From the NCBI GenBank assembly GCA_964106915.2, contig OZ066916.1: a DNA stretch of 64,000 nt; one strand, 5' to 3'. A model generated the notes under the pieces. That model was not told the origin of the DNA, did no database searches, and saw only the letters and a program-made list of their open reading frames with translations. Below, one piece after another: positions 1 through 13,222 of the stretch; within the stretch, counting starts at the first letter, position 1; each line of letters opens with the position of its first letter. Made by a program: the position numbers and the translations under genes. The DNA comes from Podarcis gaigeae. Its lineage: Eukaryota.

Positions 1-538
1 ATGGTGTTAAGTTTTTGTCACATAGGAAGCAAGTGGTACAATGGGCTCAAGCCACGTGCTCTTTTATGTGTCACAAATGTTATAGGCTGGCTCTAATGGT
101 TTGACAAATACTTTGCAAAAAGAGCTGAAATCTAACTAGTTCATACCTCCTATGGCAGCTTCCAAATATGTCACCTGATTATGTGCTTAAAATTAAATTG
201 GTATTTTCTCCATATAAGCATAAAATATTCTTTTCTGAACGAAAATCTTAAAAGGAAGTTTTGAATGTATATTCAGCTTACTTGGCCCAAGATACAGTGA
301 GCCACTGAGAAGTAGTGTTTACCACTGTGTACCCTGGCATCAGTCTTCTTCCTTTGCAGCTGCTATTTACCAGACAGTATTTGTACTGAATGTTGCTGGC
401 AGGAAACGTGGTCTGCTAATACTGAGAAGGACTGAGAAATTTTCACACTGAGTGCTGCTGCTGACTGCTTAGAAGTATTCAGATCAGGGATAGTTCTACA
501 ATAGCATTGTACTACAGCAAGTTCAGAAGAAGGGAATA

Positions 539-779
539 CAGTGGTATCTCAGGTTAAGAACTTAATTCGTTCTGGAGGTCCGTTCTTAATCTGAAACTGT
601 TCTTAACCTGAAGCACCACTTTAGCTAATGAGGTCTCCAGCTGCCACTGCGCCGCCGCCGCACGATTTCTATTCTCTTCCTGAAGCAAAGTTCTTAACCC
701 GAGGTACTATTTCTGGGTTAGCGGAGTCTGTAACCTGAAGCATCTGTAACCTGCAGTGTCTGTAACCGAGGTACCACTG
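539..779. mobile_element. Tc1/mariner (Tigger-like) MITE
   Basis: TA|CAGTGGTATCTC ... GAGGTACCACTG|TA inverted termini with TA TSD; internal GTTAAGAAC/TAACC repeats. Confidence 0.9.
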
Positions 780-3700
780 TATACTCAGTGGCCTTTATTG
801 CACTCATCCTTTAAGTGGGGTGGGTAGGACTTGTCCCTTCTGAATACATTTTTGGATGCCTATTTTAGATTTTCTGTATTGCTGATTTTATATCTCATTT
901 CACTTTTTTGTTATTTCTGCTTGCTAGTCGCTTTGGGAACCTGAGTGCAAAACTGTGAATAATAACAACAAATATCATTTTTACTGTAAGATTAAAAATA
1001 CACAAGGTTATATATTTTACTGGGTCACCTTCTTCTAGTGTAAAAATACAGTATGTGTGTTTCCAAATTATATGGAATATTTCTTCAGGACTGCAGCCTG
1101 GGCTCTCACTCCCAATTCAGACACAGAGGGTCTGAGCAGATCCATCAGACCAGTGGCACTGGAGGGAATGGTGCTGGAAACTGATGCAGGGCCCCCTGCA
1201 TTATGACTCATCACTGGACCCCAGAATCAGGGACCTCTGAATCAAGATCTCTTGAGCTCCACCATACCTTTAGAGTCTGCATCCTCTGAGGAACTGGTCC
1301 CTCCATGCCAGGGACCTACATACCCCATGTCAGCCTGTCAGTGCAGGCAAGGAACCCAGAGAGAATACTCAGAGAGGAGGAGGCCTGTCCCTTTAAGGAG
1401 GGCTGTTCTGGACATAAAAGGCTTCAGTTAAACCACTGACATAGGAATTTAAAGCTTTTCTTGGTTCTGTAACCACTATCCTACTTTGCTGTCTTGTCCT
1501 ATGATGTGGAATAGGCTTCTAGTCAAGCGTAGGACAATTTCACAAAAAAGTTTTCACATTTTTACACCTATCCAATATTGGTCTCTTGTTTGCTTTGATC
1601 ACTGCAATAGTTACCTATATTTATCACAGAAAGAGCCAAAGGCTATTGTTTTTGGCTATGAATGTAGCACAATGTTGACACTTACTGTTGGCCTCCTGGT
1701 GTGATGATATATACACAATGTACTAAGTGCTATATTAAAAGCAAGCCAGTTGTCTAAGACTGGAATCCTGACCCTACTACCTGGAGTAAGTCCCAATGAA
1801 TTCTCTAGGACGTTTGAGTAAAAATGGCTAGGATTGTGCTCTTTGTTAAGTGTGGGGGATATGTTGGAATATTTTTCTTGTGGGCCAAACTGAGGGATCC
1901 ATTAGCAAAATATTATTTTGTTAAAGCAGTTTCAAGATATCTAAACTGAAAAGCACTTTTAAAAGAAAAAGAGACAGGTTCATATTTATTATTTTAATTA
2001 TTGATAGGGTTATCTCCCAGTCTCCCAAATGCATTTCTTCACGATTTGCCTCATCTCCTTCACCTTCCGAGTAATAATCAGAGCTCTTAGGTGAACCTGA
2101 GATGTGCACAATAGGCAAACCTTGGGATGTAGCTTTAGTCACAGGAAGTTAGTTTGTTCCTGCTAATGATGAATCCCACTGGTAACTGAAGTGATGTATA
2201 TATTTATTGAGGAGAATTCTTGAAGGGTTGTGTGCCATATAGGCTTGCCACATCATCAGTTTGATGCTTTTTGCCACTAATGTGGGAAGTAGTATGAGGA
2301 GGTGGGTATATAAACACACTGTTTTACAGTGTTTTATGTAACATTGATATTGGTGGACACAATTGCCTGTGCCGATTCTATATTTAGTTGGTTTATCAAT
2401 CCCCATATTTTTTGAAGAGTTACTATACATGGTGAGCCCTGTGTGTCATTCTTAAAGGTAGGATCACAGTACTCAACTATTTCAACAAATGGGAGATTTG
2501 CCAAATGCGCTATACTCTAACAAGTATTTGTTGCCACAACACAACACAAAAGGGAGAGCTTCTTCGCAGAGCATCCAATAGTACTCTCAGAGCTACTGCT
2601 TTGTTTTTGGAGCTCGAAGAGCAGCATAGTCATGAAACAGCTGAAACAAATGAACAATAAAGTCATTTATTTATTTATTGCATAGAATAGATTCATTCTT
2701 CGTTCTGATAGCAGGATTCTAATCTTGGAGCCTAAGTACTTCTTAGCATTGTAGTTTATTTAAAAAGAAATACAGAAAGCAGAATATGGAATACTATAAA
2801 TCTTTAAGTCTATGGTTGTTCACTATTGTGGAATGCTAATAAAAGTATTTTACACTGCCAATTTGAACTAGCACATAACAATAAAAGGTACTTTGTTTTA
2901 AGAACTGTAAGACAAAGAGACAAAAGTGAGGAAGGGGATTCACTTGGGAGTCATGAATGCTAAAAGGGTGTTTTCATTCTCACCTTGAATGTGTCTACAT
3001 GGAAATAAATCCCACTGAGATTAATGGAACATAGTTTATAGCAAGCAGGCTTTGCATTGCAGGCTTTATAGAGAGATGGTAATCAAATATTACTTATTCA
3101 GAATTTGTCATCTTGGAGAAAAAGTATGGCAATATATTTAATTGCACATATCTTTTATAACAATCCTAACATGAGCATGATCACCTTTAGTTCATGTATC
3201 AGCCTCCCATATAGCCTTGGGCAGAAATATAAATTTGGAAGTGTTTTTTAGTATTAATTATTAAGTTGGCTTTTAATTAATGCTTGCCTTTTCTTTAACA
3301 TTCATGGTCATTCAGTTTGTGGAGGGTATATAATTCTTATCATATGACAGGACTATATTCCTGATTAGATACATCTGTAGAGTGACCCTGTTCCTTGTTA
3401 AGCCCTGCTGTTGACAATAAATGAGAGGCTCTTCTAAATTGGATTTGGACATGCATATTCAAACACAAAGTGTTTCAGGGAGAATTTTGCCACTCTGAAA
3501 TATTTTATGCTTCTCTTAGGCTGAAATCCTAAACACATTTACACAGGGAGTAAACCCCATTGAAAAGAGTAGCACTTACTTCCAAGTAAGCATGCATCAC
3601 ATTTTGGTCCTAATTGCCATTATCTATATCACCATCATTGGTAATAATCCTGAATAATAGCTGGAATAAAAGGAATAAGGAAAGAAAAGTAGTAGTATGA

Positions 3701-3809
3701 AAAGGATTATAGAATTAGGTAGGGTGACAAAAAACAGTCCCAACAATGGTAAATTTAGAGCTAGAATGAGCAAAAATGTCTACATTGCTAACTGTTTAGA
3801 GAATCAGCA

Positions 3810-4303
3810 GGACATGGGGGAGGGGGAGAGATCATTGCCAGGAAGCGAGTTAATCATAGGAAGTCCTGCCATTCTCACCATCTGCATTTGTTTGTTTGTA
3901 AGCAAGCGGTATTGAAAATGACACTTAAGATTGCCCTGGGAGGGGAAGGGGGGATGAAGAAAAGGCCAGAGGCTTCGCTGCTGCTGGGAGGCCCTGCCTT
4001 CCTTTGAAGTGAGATCCAGCGAGGCCAGAAAGGCCTTAACTCTCCCTGGAATTGTATGAAGTGTCTGAACAGCATTTCTCTCACTTTGCGTGTATTGATT
4101 TATTTTTCCCTGATCGGGACGATGTATGTGGGTTCAACGGATGACATTTATCCTTAATGTGGAGTTTATAAAATAAAGTGCCAGTTGTATTGAGGATGGT
4201 CGTTTCTAGCTGATGGGCAAATACTTTGTGAAGTACAGAATAGTGTCTGAAAAGCCGCCTTTTGAAGAGAGAGCTGTTTTCGTATTGGCACGCCATGGTA
4301 AGT
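3810..4303 (+). promoter_or_regulatory. Candidate distal promoter and alternative first exon of SASH1 (Met-only coding, ATG 4295-4297)
   Basis: Unique sequence with about a dozen retained CpGs, AGGAAG and TGTTTGTTT motifs, ending in CACGCCATG|GTAAGT (Kozak plus consensus donor, phase 0, compatible with exon 2). Confidence 0.5.
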
Positions 4304-5532
4304 AATGATGGCTTTTATATCATTTTGGGTTTGGGATATTTTAAACCTTCATGTAACGCTGATCTCCTTGCACAGATGTGTTTTCATTTATGTACACAAA
4401 GTCAATTGCAGCCACATTTTATACTGATTATGTATTTGGGATATGCAACTTCTTGATTTTTTTAATCTGATCTTTCATGCAAAATTTAGAAAGAAAACCT
4501 ATACTTAGTTTACTGCTCAGCAACTCCAACTGCACTTCAGTAAATTTTAAATTGTTAGTTACATTCACTAAATGATTCACTTAGTGAACTAGGTTCTCAA
4601 GCAAATGTGTTTAGGTTCAGGGTGTAAAATATCTATAATCATGGCATAGCTCTCATATAGTTACTACAAAAAAACCCAAATAAGTTTCAGGTAATGGTAC
4701 CTAAATAGTGATGAAAGAAACAAAAGTAAAGTGTTGAGAGAGAGAGTGCCAGTTTTTAACTTTGCATTAAACACTTCTCAATTAACAGGGTTGCATTATT
4801 AGGTCTTTAATACTTTTAGGTTGACATTAGTTGGACATAAGCTCTTTCTGAAATCAATTTTCTTCAAAGTAAATGTATTTAGGGTTAAGGTCCCAACCAA
4901 CAAATGCTATTTAAACACTTTAACTACCGTAATACTTTCACACACACACACATATATTTTGTGTACTAACATACACACTAATATACATGCATTACATAAA
5001 TACCAATATACATTATGGTGGGGTGAGGGAATATTTAATTCAAAAGTTGTTTGTTTAAAAAATGGCCAAAGGAGGAAACTACCCGTATTTAGCTTGTATT
5101 CCAAATTAAATGATGCAGCCAAACATTTGTTTGGCAGGCTTTGATGCTACATTTCCCTAATTTGGTCTGAAAGAACTGCAGGCTGTATTAAACACAATTC
5201 CCTCCCTCGGAAACTATTTCCCCATTAATTTATTTACCTAGTTGCATAGATTGACCCTGATGCAAAAGCATATGTGACTCAAAACTTAAAATACCAAATT
5301 GTTACATTGATCCTAATAAAGATGTTTATTATACCTGTATTACAGGTGACCTCCCCATTTACACAGGTTCCAGATCTGCACCACTGTGCATTGATCCGAA
5401 CCCAGAAGTGACCCAAAAACGTCATTAAAAGGGGTGGGATGGGGCAGGGGCGGAACAGGATGTTTGCAGGCATTTTCAATGGTGTTTCAAATATACACAG
5501 CGTAAATTGGGGGGGGGGGTATGTTGCCTATA

Positions 5533-5748
5533 CAGTGGTACCTCAGGTTACATACGCTTCAGGTTACAGACTCCGCTAACCCAGAAATAGTACCTCAGGT
5601 TAAGAACTTTGCTTCAGGATGAGAACAGAAATCGTGTTCCGGCGGCGCGGTAGCCCCATTAGCTAAAGTGGTGCTTCAGGTTAAGAACAGTTTCAGGTTA
5701 AGAACGGATCTTCGGAAAGAATTCAGTACTTAACCTGAGGTACCACTT
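5533..5748. mobile_element. Tigger-like MITE, same family, opposite orientation
   Basis: TA|CAGTGGTACCTC ... GAGGTACCACT; reverse complement of 539-779. Confidence 0.9.
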
Positions 5749-7543
5749 CCTTTTGGTGTGTGTTGTGTTACTTCTGGGTACTAAACAGTGTTGGCTCTAG
5801 GTTACTATTGCTATGTAAAATATCACATAAATATATTAGACAGATAAAATCATAAGGCTACAGGGCAGTCATACCTTTAAGAGAACCAACCACAACATCA
5901 CAAAGTTATGAATAATTTAACAGCTTGCTCATAACTCTTTCTCATACTGGATGCCACAGTAGCACTGTGTGTTTTTTCCTTTTAATCCTGGGGACAGAAC
6001 TGGAAATAACTGTTTCACTTTTTAAAGAAAAATGTGGAGAGAACAGCTATTGCTTCTTTGACTCTGGAGTCCTTGACGCAGCCTGTAATCTGTTCATCAC
6101 TCAAGAGACTAATATAATTGTCCACAGAATTCTTCCTGCACTCCATCTTAAGACTGTAACTTTTAAACTGCAGACATTAGAACATTAACAACATTCCCTA
6201 TTTCTCCTCCTCCTCCCTTTTGTTATGTTTAACTTCCAACCTGAAGCATACTCACAACCCTGTTCTAAAGTTGTTTTTAATAAAGGTATTATTAGCATAA
6301 AGCAGTAGTGAAGAACCCTCCTGTCCTATTTAGGCCCATGAGACTGCTTTCAATGAGCCACACCCGCCCACCCAACATGTGACATCAGATTGACATGCCC
6401 TTCAACTAGCCCTGCGCCCACATGTCTCCACATACAGCATTAATCTTTGGCAGAAAGGAACCATGATAGAACATGGGGGCAGCTCACTTGAATAGGGCAT
6501 AAGCGTCTAATCTGAGGGATATGCCTTAGGTGCAGGCAACACAAGTCATTGATTGCACTGTGCTCTAGCTAAACCCCATGCAGAGGCGTGGATCATTTGA
6601 CACATTTCCATGTGTTCACACTTGGGAATTTCCTTGACAATTTATGTACTTTCTTCTTGTATTTGTTTGTATAGTGAAGGCCAAAAGCCCAGAATACGAT
6701 TTTGCCAGGTGGGGAAAGAGTGCAGCGGATATGGAATAGAGTGCTTATTTTTGTGACATTTTCCCCTTAAAAAAGCACCTGGGAGCCAGCCAGCCTAAAC
6801 GGTTGGCAGTGTTAGAATGTCTTTCATAGCCAGCTATGGAGTGACTTCGGGGGCAAAAATAAAGTTTATAAGCCATTATAAAAGATCCACTGTCCCCAGT
6901 TTATTCAGAGGAAATCTTTAAACTCTGCAATTTAAAAATAAAGACCTGCCTAAAATTGAACTTGAATAACAGTGAGTCTCGAGATGAATCAAATGCAGCA
7001 TGATTTGTTCTACATAAGTTCATAAGTTCACTCTAACAGGCTGGAAAAGCCAACCGTGCTGATCAAACATGACTAATAATCACACAAGAGATTGATGGGC
7101 TTGTTTTTCTTATGGGGCATGTGAGGTAATTCCCTGACAATTAAGTTTCCATTGTACTGCCAAATAATACTAAAAGCTTTTTGCATCGTTGGCTTTCATG
7201 TAAAACTTCACAGCAAAGCAGCCAGCATTGATTCTGCAGTCTAATACTTTCTTAACTTACCTGTAGTTGCTGTCACAACCTCATGGGCATGGAGCAGCAT
7301 GGATGTCTCAGATGGTTGTAGGGTAGGCATTTTCTCTAGAGGTCAATCCAGGACATTGCTGCTGCCACAGGAACCATTCTTTAAAATCAATAATTCTGAA
7401 AACAACAATTTGTTAACTTTGTGGAAATCCTGTTTCCATCAGGGACTTTCTTCAAACAGCTAGTCTTTATACAACAGCCTTTATAATACACATGAATTCA
7501 CATGTTCCCTGACTGTAATGAACCACTTCAATATTTTAGTAAA

Positions 7544-7546
<3 letters not shown>

Positions 7547-7600
<54 letters not shown>
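7547..7600. repeat. Compound (CT)n(CA)n microsatellite
   Basis: Directly visible. Confidence 0.95.
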
Positions 7601-8069
7601 AACATGTGTACATGCACAAATCAGAAACATTGTCAAAACGAAAGCATTTAAAATTAAAACATTGCCCTATCATGCAGTTTCTATGAGAGAATAGAAAGGC
7701 CTGGATATTTACTCCATTTGACTTTCTGCTACATCTGTCTGCTCTTCCAGATCTGCTGCCATCAACATGTGTGTTGCCCAAAGCCAAAGTGTGTCCCTGT
7801 GTTTGATCCAAAAATAGCAGTCACTCACTTTGATCTGCAAAGATCTTGTTTTCTTTTATAATGAAAATTTCAACAAAAACAAGGCATAGTTTTTATGGAG
7901 ACCGGAGAGTATACTCTGAGGAAATCCCACATACATGGCCACACCTATTTTAATTAGTCATCAAAATTATATTTGCATATACACAGAGAGATCTGCATAT
8001 ACTCGAATCCTACATAACAACCTTGATTAATGTGTACATTTTACTCATCCAGATACACAGGGTAACTTT

Positions 8070-8260
8070 TTATTTATTTTTTGCTTGAATCCAGGGCACA
8101 GCTCATGATCCACTCTTTATTTTTATAACAAAGTTAAATTGGTTAGTCTCTGTGATAGTAGCCGGTCCATGTCACCTAGGGAGTTGTATGGGTGAGTGGG
8201 GATTTGAACCGGGTCTCCCTAATTCTCCTCAAACACTAGAATTACTACCTCACACTGGCT
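8070..8260 (-). mobile_element. Degraded tRNA-headed (MIR/Squam3-like) SINE
   Basis: GGGATTTGAACCGGG (reverse B box) and CACACTGGCT end resemble the reverse complement of the SINE at 38693. Confidence 0.6.
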
Positions 8261-8559
8261 CATGCCCTATAATTTGCAATATGCATAAATCCTATTCAAT
8301 GTTTGTGGTGTAGTAAAGTAGCAAATGTTATTCTATGCAAGTATATATAGCTACTATACCTTGGGGCAAAAAAATCCTAACTTTCTGTATTCTGAATGAG
8401 TTTGAGCAACATATCACTATTTTTTATTATTGTTCTGTGATGAAGAGCAGCATATAAGTGAAATAAATAGATCACTAAAAACATTATGACCAAGAATAGA
8501 AAAATATTTAAATACATTAAAAATAGGAAACCACAGATGGGCCTTTAAGAAAACAAGGA

Positions 8560-9160
8560 AGTCAAAGGTGTTCTAAAGGAGTAGAAGGAGATTACAGAAA
8601 AGCTGGATGAGTTCTTTGTATCTTCTCACTGGAAGATGTAGAACAGATGCTTGTGGCTAAATTCACTTTCTCAGGAAGGGAGTCTAAGGAAATGTGGGAC
8701 ATAGCAGTGATAAGAGATGGAGTTCTAAGCCTAATTAATGCACAACTTGAGAAAAGAGACAATGCACGTATTTTTGTAAACTAAGAAATATTTAATAAAT
8801 ATTTTTTAAAATTAATTAATTTAAAACTAACAAATCACTAGGTCCAGCTGGCATCCGCTCAAGAGTTCTTAAAGAACACAAATTAAAGTTGCTGATCTTC
8901 TAACAAAAATATGTAATTTGTCCTAATGATCAGTCATCATACTTGGAAAGTATGATCAATGTAACACCAGTTTTAAAAATAGGATCCAGGAGATATCTGT
9001 GGAATTACTGGCTGATGCTTAATATGTGTTCCAGGAAAACTGGGGGAACACATAATTAAAGATAGAATTACCAAACATATAAAATAACAATCTTGCTGAT
9101 TTATTTGAGAGTGTCAGTAAATATAAGAAAAAGAGATTATCCATTAGACATATTCATTGG
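8560..9160 (+). mobile_element. Degraded CR1 LINE ORF2 fragment
   Basis: Decayed codons for CR1 motifs such as EKLDEFF and NKS.GP.GI..RVLKE (8829-8876); many stops and indels. Confidence 0.7.
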
Positions 9161-9817
9161 TAATAATAATTAGTAACTGTGATTTGGGGGGGGGGGAAGG
9201 TGGGAGAACTCATCACAAATTTTGTTTATTTATTTAGTTGTAAGTTTTGTGGCAACATGCCATATTTTATTAAACAATTCTTGTACAGTTGGAATAATAT
9301 GTAAATGCACTTTAGCTGCTCTTTTGGCTGCAGTTAGCAAGACAAAATTATAGTCTTCTGATAATGCAGAAGAATTTGTCAGTGACCTTGTTATGTGATA
9401 ACCACTCATTTCTGTATATATGATTTTTAGAAACTTCCATCATATATGTATATAGTCTGGTGCATTCCCTCCTGATTTCCAGCATATATCACTATCACTT
9501 GGGTATATCTCTGCCAAATGATGCAGGGTCAATTACCAACCATATAACATTGTATAAAGAAAAATTATGTTCATGCAGGGCAATTAAACTTTGTTAGTGA
9601 TAAATATTTATTTCTAACTAATATTCAGAGTACCTCTGCTTCCAACAGCAGAAGTAGAATATATTGATGGTACATATTCACGATGGCTATATGTTAGCTC
9701 CTGGATCAGAGGTAACACGCTTCTGAATACCAATGAATTGTGGACAAACTGCTGAAAGAAAGCCCATTATGGCTTCTGACTCTATGCAGTGTGCAACCAC
9801 TGCCTTCTGGTGTCCTC

Positions 9818-10328
9818 TGAGAGTTTCTCCAGCCTGACTAACCCTGAGAGGAAGGCTAATAAGTACTCCATCAGTAAAGAGCTTTGTGATCAGACAAATG
9901 GTAAAGGTAAAGGTAAAGGGACCCCTGACCATTAGGTCTAGTCGCTGATGACTCTGGGGTTGCGGTGCTCATCTCGCTTTACTGGCTGAGGGAGCCGGCG
10001 TACAGCTTCCAGGTCATGTGGCCAGCATGACTAAGCCACTTCTGGCGAACCAGAGCAGCGCATGGAAACGCCATTTACCCTCCCGCCGGAGTGGTACCTA
10101 TTTATCTACTTGCACTTTAACGTGCTTTCGAGCTGCTAGGTGGGCAGGAGCTGGGACCAAGCAATGGGAGCTCACCCCGTCACGGGGATTCAAACCACCA
10201 ACCTTCTGATCGGCAAGCCCTAGGCTCTGTGGTTTAGACCACAGCGCCACCTCCTTTGAGAGTTTCTCCAGCCTGACTAACCCTGAGAGGAAGGCTAATA
10301 AGTACTCCATCAGTAAGGAGCTTTGTGA
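9818..10328. repeat. 72-bp direct repeat (9818-9889 and 10257-10328) flanking the Sauria SINE
   Basis: TGAGAGTTTCTCCAGCC...GAGCTTTGTGA on both sides with one mismatch. Confidence 0.92.
9900..10253 (-). mobile_element. Sauria SINE
   Basis: (GGTAAA)n equals the (TTTACC)n tail; GTACCTATTTATCTACTTGCAC core; tRNA-like head; homologous to copies at 38043 and 39484. Confidence 0.92.
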
Positions 10329-13222
10329 CCTGAAAAAATGGTACACCTGTTTAAATTGTTCCACTTAGCAGAATGACCAAATCAGACATTCAAGCTACAA
10401 AGCCATTCATCTCCATTCTGCTTGTAGACAGGATCTTAATTACTGTACTGCTTTTTTCTTTTTTCTTTTTAGTGGTTACCATTTTCAGATGAAGCTATTT
10501 TGCATCTTTACATCTCAGAGACAACGGTAGCATTTGGAAAAGGGAAAATTGAATAAGCTTTAATATAATCAGGGACTTTACTGAGGTTTGTGTGGTCTGC
10601 CACAAGTCACTGGTTCTCAGGCATCTCTGCATGAGCTGAATAATTTTTCCCTTCAAGGCACATCTTTTGAATCCCAAACCATTTGCTGAGAAGACAAATA
10701 TTTCAGCCTATATGCACTTCAACAGATAAAGAGTAACCAAACGTTCACCAGGTAAATTGAAATAGAGAGAGGAGCTCATTTGACATGACCCATGTCCCCC
10801 CAGAAAACCAACCAAAAATGTTGATGAATTAAGCTTTTTCCTCCAAAATCAGTTAAAGTTCATTATTTTTTAAAAACCCTCAGGGCCATATTGCAGTAGC
10901 GCTACATTAGTAATCACTGGGTGCTATTTAAAGTCTGTTTCACTCACAGGATTAAACTGTATGGTAGAAATATTCCAAAACTTTCCCAGGACGACTGCTG
11001 TGGTAAAAGCTAGCACAAGAGTTGCATTGTATTATAGAAATACCAAGACCTGTAGCAGAGTGTTTGCTCTTTCTCCACCCTAAGCAGGTGCTCTGCGGAT
11101 TTGGACATTTGTTGAGCAGATGGGGTGTCATCTTAATGGTGCATCCATTTGATGGGGTCTTAACATGAGATTCTCAGTGTCTGAAATTATATGGGCATTG
11201 AACTTAAAGTGAGTCCTTTTTCCTTGAGATAAATATCCTGTTAACTAGCTTGCCAGAGACAGAGAACTTCTATAAGAAGAACATACTTTGTTTTCATGGT
11301 TTTTTTATTATTATTCTAGACATCACACATAAAACATCTTTCACTTAAATATATTTGTTTCTACAAGGAAGTTTTGTTTTATTTTTTTAAAAAGCACGAT
11401 GATTCTAGGAACTTCTTATACCTTAAATTGGTAAGGCCCCGCAGCCTGGCAGGAGGTAATCTAAATACACACATGAGTACTGGTAACTTGCAAAATAATG
11501 TTCTTTATGATGTATAACTCTTATTCTGGATTTGAATCCAGGTCAAAGATGAAGACTCCAGGCTGCATGTTCACATCTGTAGTTTCTTGACCACATATAA
11601 ATTATGTGTAGAAACAGTTGTGTAGGTTACAAAAAATGTTCGTAAATTTAAGTACTCATTACATGCAGAGTTACATAACTTTCTATATTTCCCACTCTGT
11701 GCTCCAGATCTCAGCATTGGGTCACATGACATGTTTATGATTTGGGGTTGAATGTCCGAGCCATGTGCTGGCGTGCTGGGTCATGAACATGTGGATGTTG
11801 TATATGTTGTGCATGACAAAGGTGGAAGAAGGTAGGGTGGCCATACTTATATAAGCACCCACAGTCCACCCATCCTCCTTTGATCATTGGCACCCATGTA
11901 CCCACCCCTTGGGACCAAGCAGGAATCTGTGTGTGGGTTTTTTAGCCATTCCACAGTGTGTCTTGCTGGACTGGTTACAGTGTGAATACTGTGTTTAAAC
12001 AGGTTGATTTGCCAGGAAAATTCAGGAAAGAAACAAAGCCTGGTAAGGTCAACTAGGTGAACCTCTTAGGCACCTTTGAGAGTGATAGGAAGCTCCCAAG
12101 TCCTGCAGCTCAGAGCTAGGGGACCCAGGACAGGATATGGACTGCATTTGGAACCATCTTCTCTCATCTGCCTGGAGCTATGGGCCCCCAGGGTGATTAT
12201 GAAAGTAGGTCTCCCTATTCAGCTTAATGGTGCAGTTTGGGGAAGGGCACAGGCTGACTTACATGATCACAGTGGGACATAGTCATATAGCATGTGATCA
12301 TGATTTTTAACGCCTTTGTTTTTTACTTTGTGGCTTGATATTCCTTTTACGGATGCAGAGCTTATGCATCTACACTTTTTGAAAATAAGTATTCACAGCT
12401 GGTTGCACAGAACTGAATGTCCTCCATTAGTGAGGCACTTGTAGAAACATCTTGCAAATACCGGTACATGTAAGTACTGTATATACATAATACAAAAGTG
12501 GGGAAAGTCAGCATACTTGGTAGTGAGTTCTTTGCCATGTCTTTCAAAGCATGACTTCTGCATGACTCAAAAGCACATGAAAGCTACCTAAACAACTGAA
12601 ATCACACAATCAGCAGACGTGTTAGAGCCTTGTAACCCTGAGAGATTTTAATTCAAAACTAGCAAAGCTGGGATCAAGTCAAGACACACAAAGGAATGGC
12701 AATATCCCAAGCATGAATACATTTTAATTGCAGAGTATATGTGAGCTAGTAACAAATCCTTGGCCCCTAGCAGCTGTAACTGAATGGATCCTGCCCTGCT
12801 GAAACATACTGTGTATGAGAATTTGTCTTCCTCTAGCTTCAGGCTGCCCCTCTGGCAACTGTCATCCACAATCATATCAATTACATAAAACCAGATTTGT
12901 CCAACCATCTTGTCTATACACTGACAGTCTAATAATGTGACCTGCTGTATTTCTCTAGCTCTATTTCTAAGGGAGCTTGAATCATCACAGCTTTGCACAT
13001 ACGTTCATGTACACCCACAGACTTCTTCCGTGATGTCATGCTCTACTGAAAAATGCAGTCAAAACTCGCTTCATGGCTTGCCATGTTCTGCAGTATTCAT
13101 TACAGACACATTATAATGTGTAATGACTTGCACAGGTACAGCCTAAGGGAAAAACTAGTTAACTCAAATAGTGGAATACTAGCACACAACACAAGATGCT
13201 GTGTTGCTGAGTTTAATTAGTA

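Noticed and set aside
1090-1535. Solo LTR (similar blocks at about 24990-25350 and 43005-43830)
   Set aside because: Composition is suggestive, but I could not define TG..CA ends, TSDs or a second copy.
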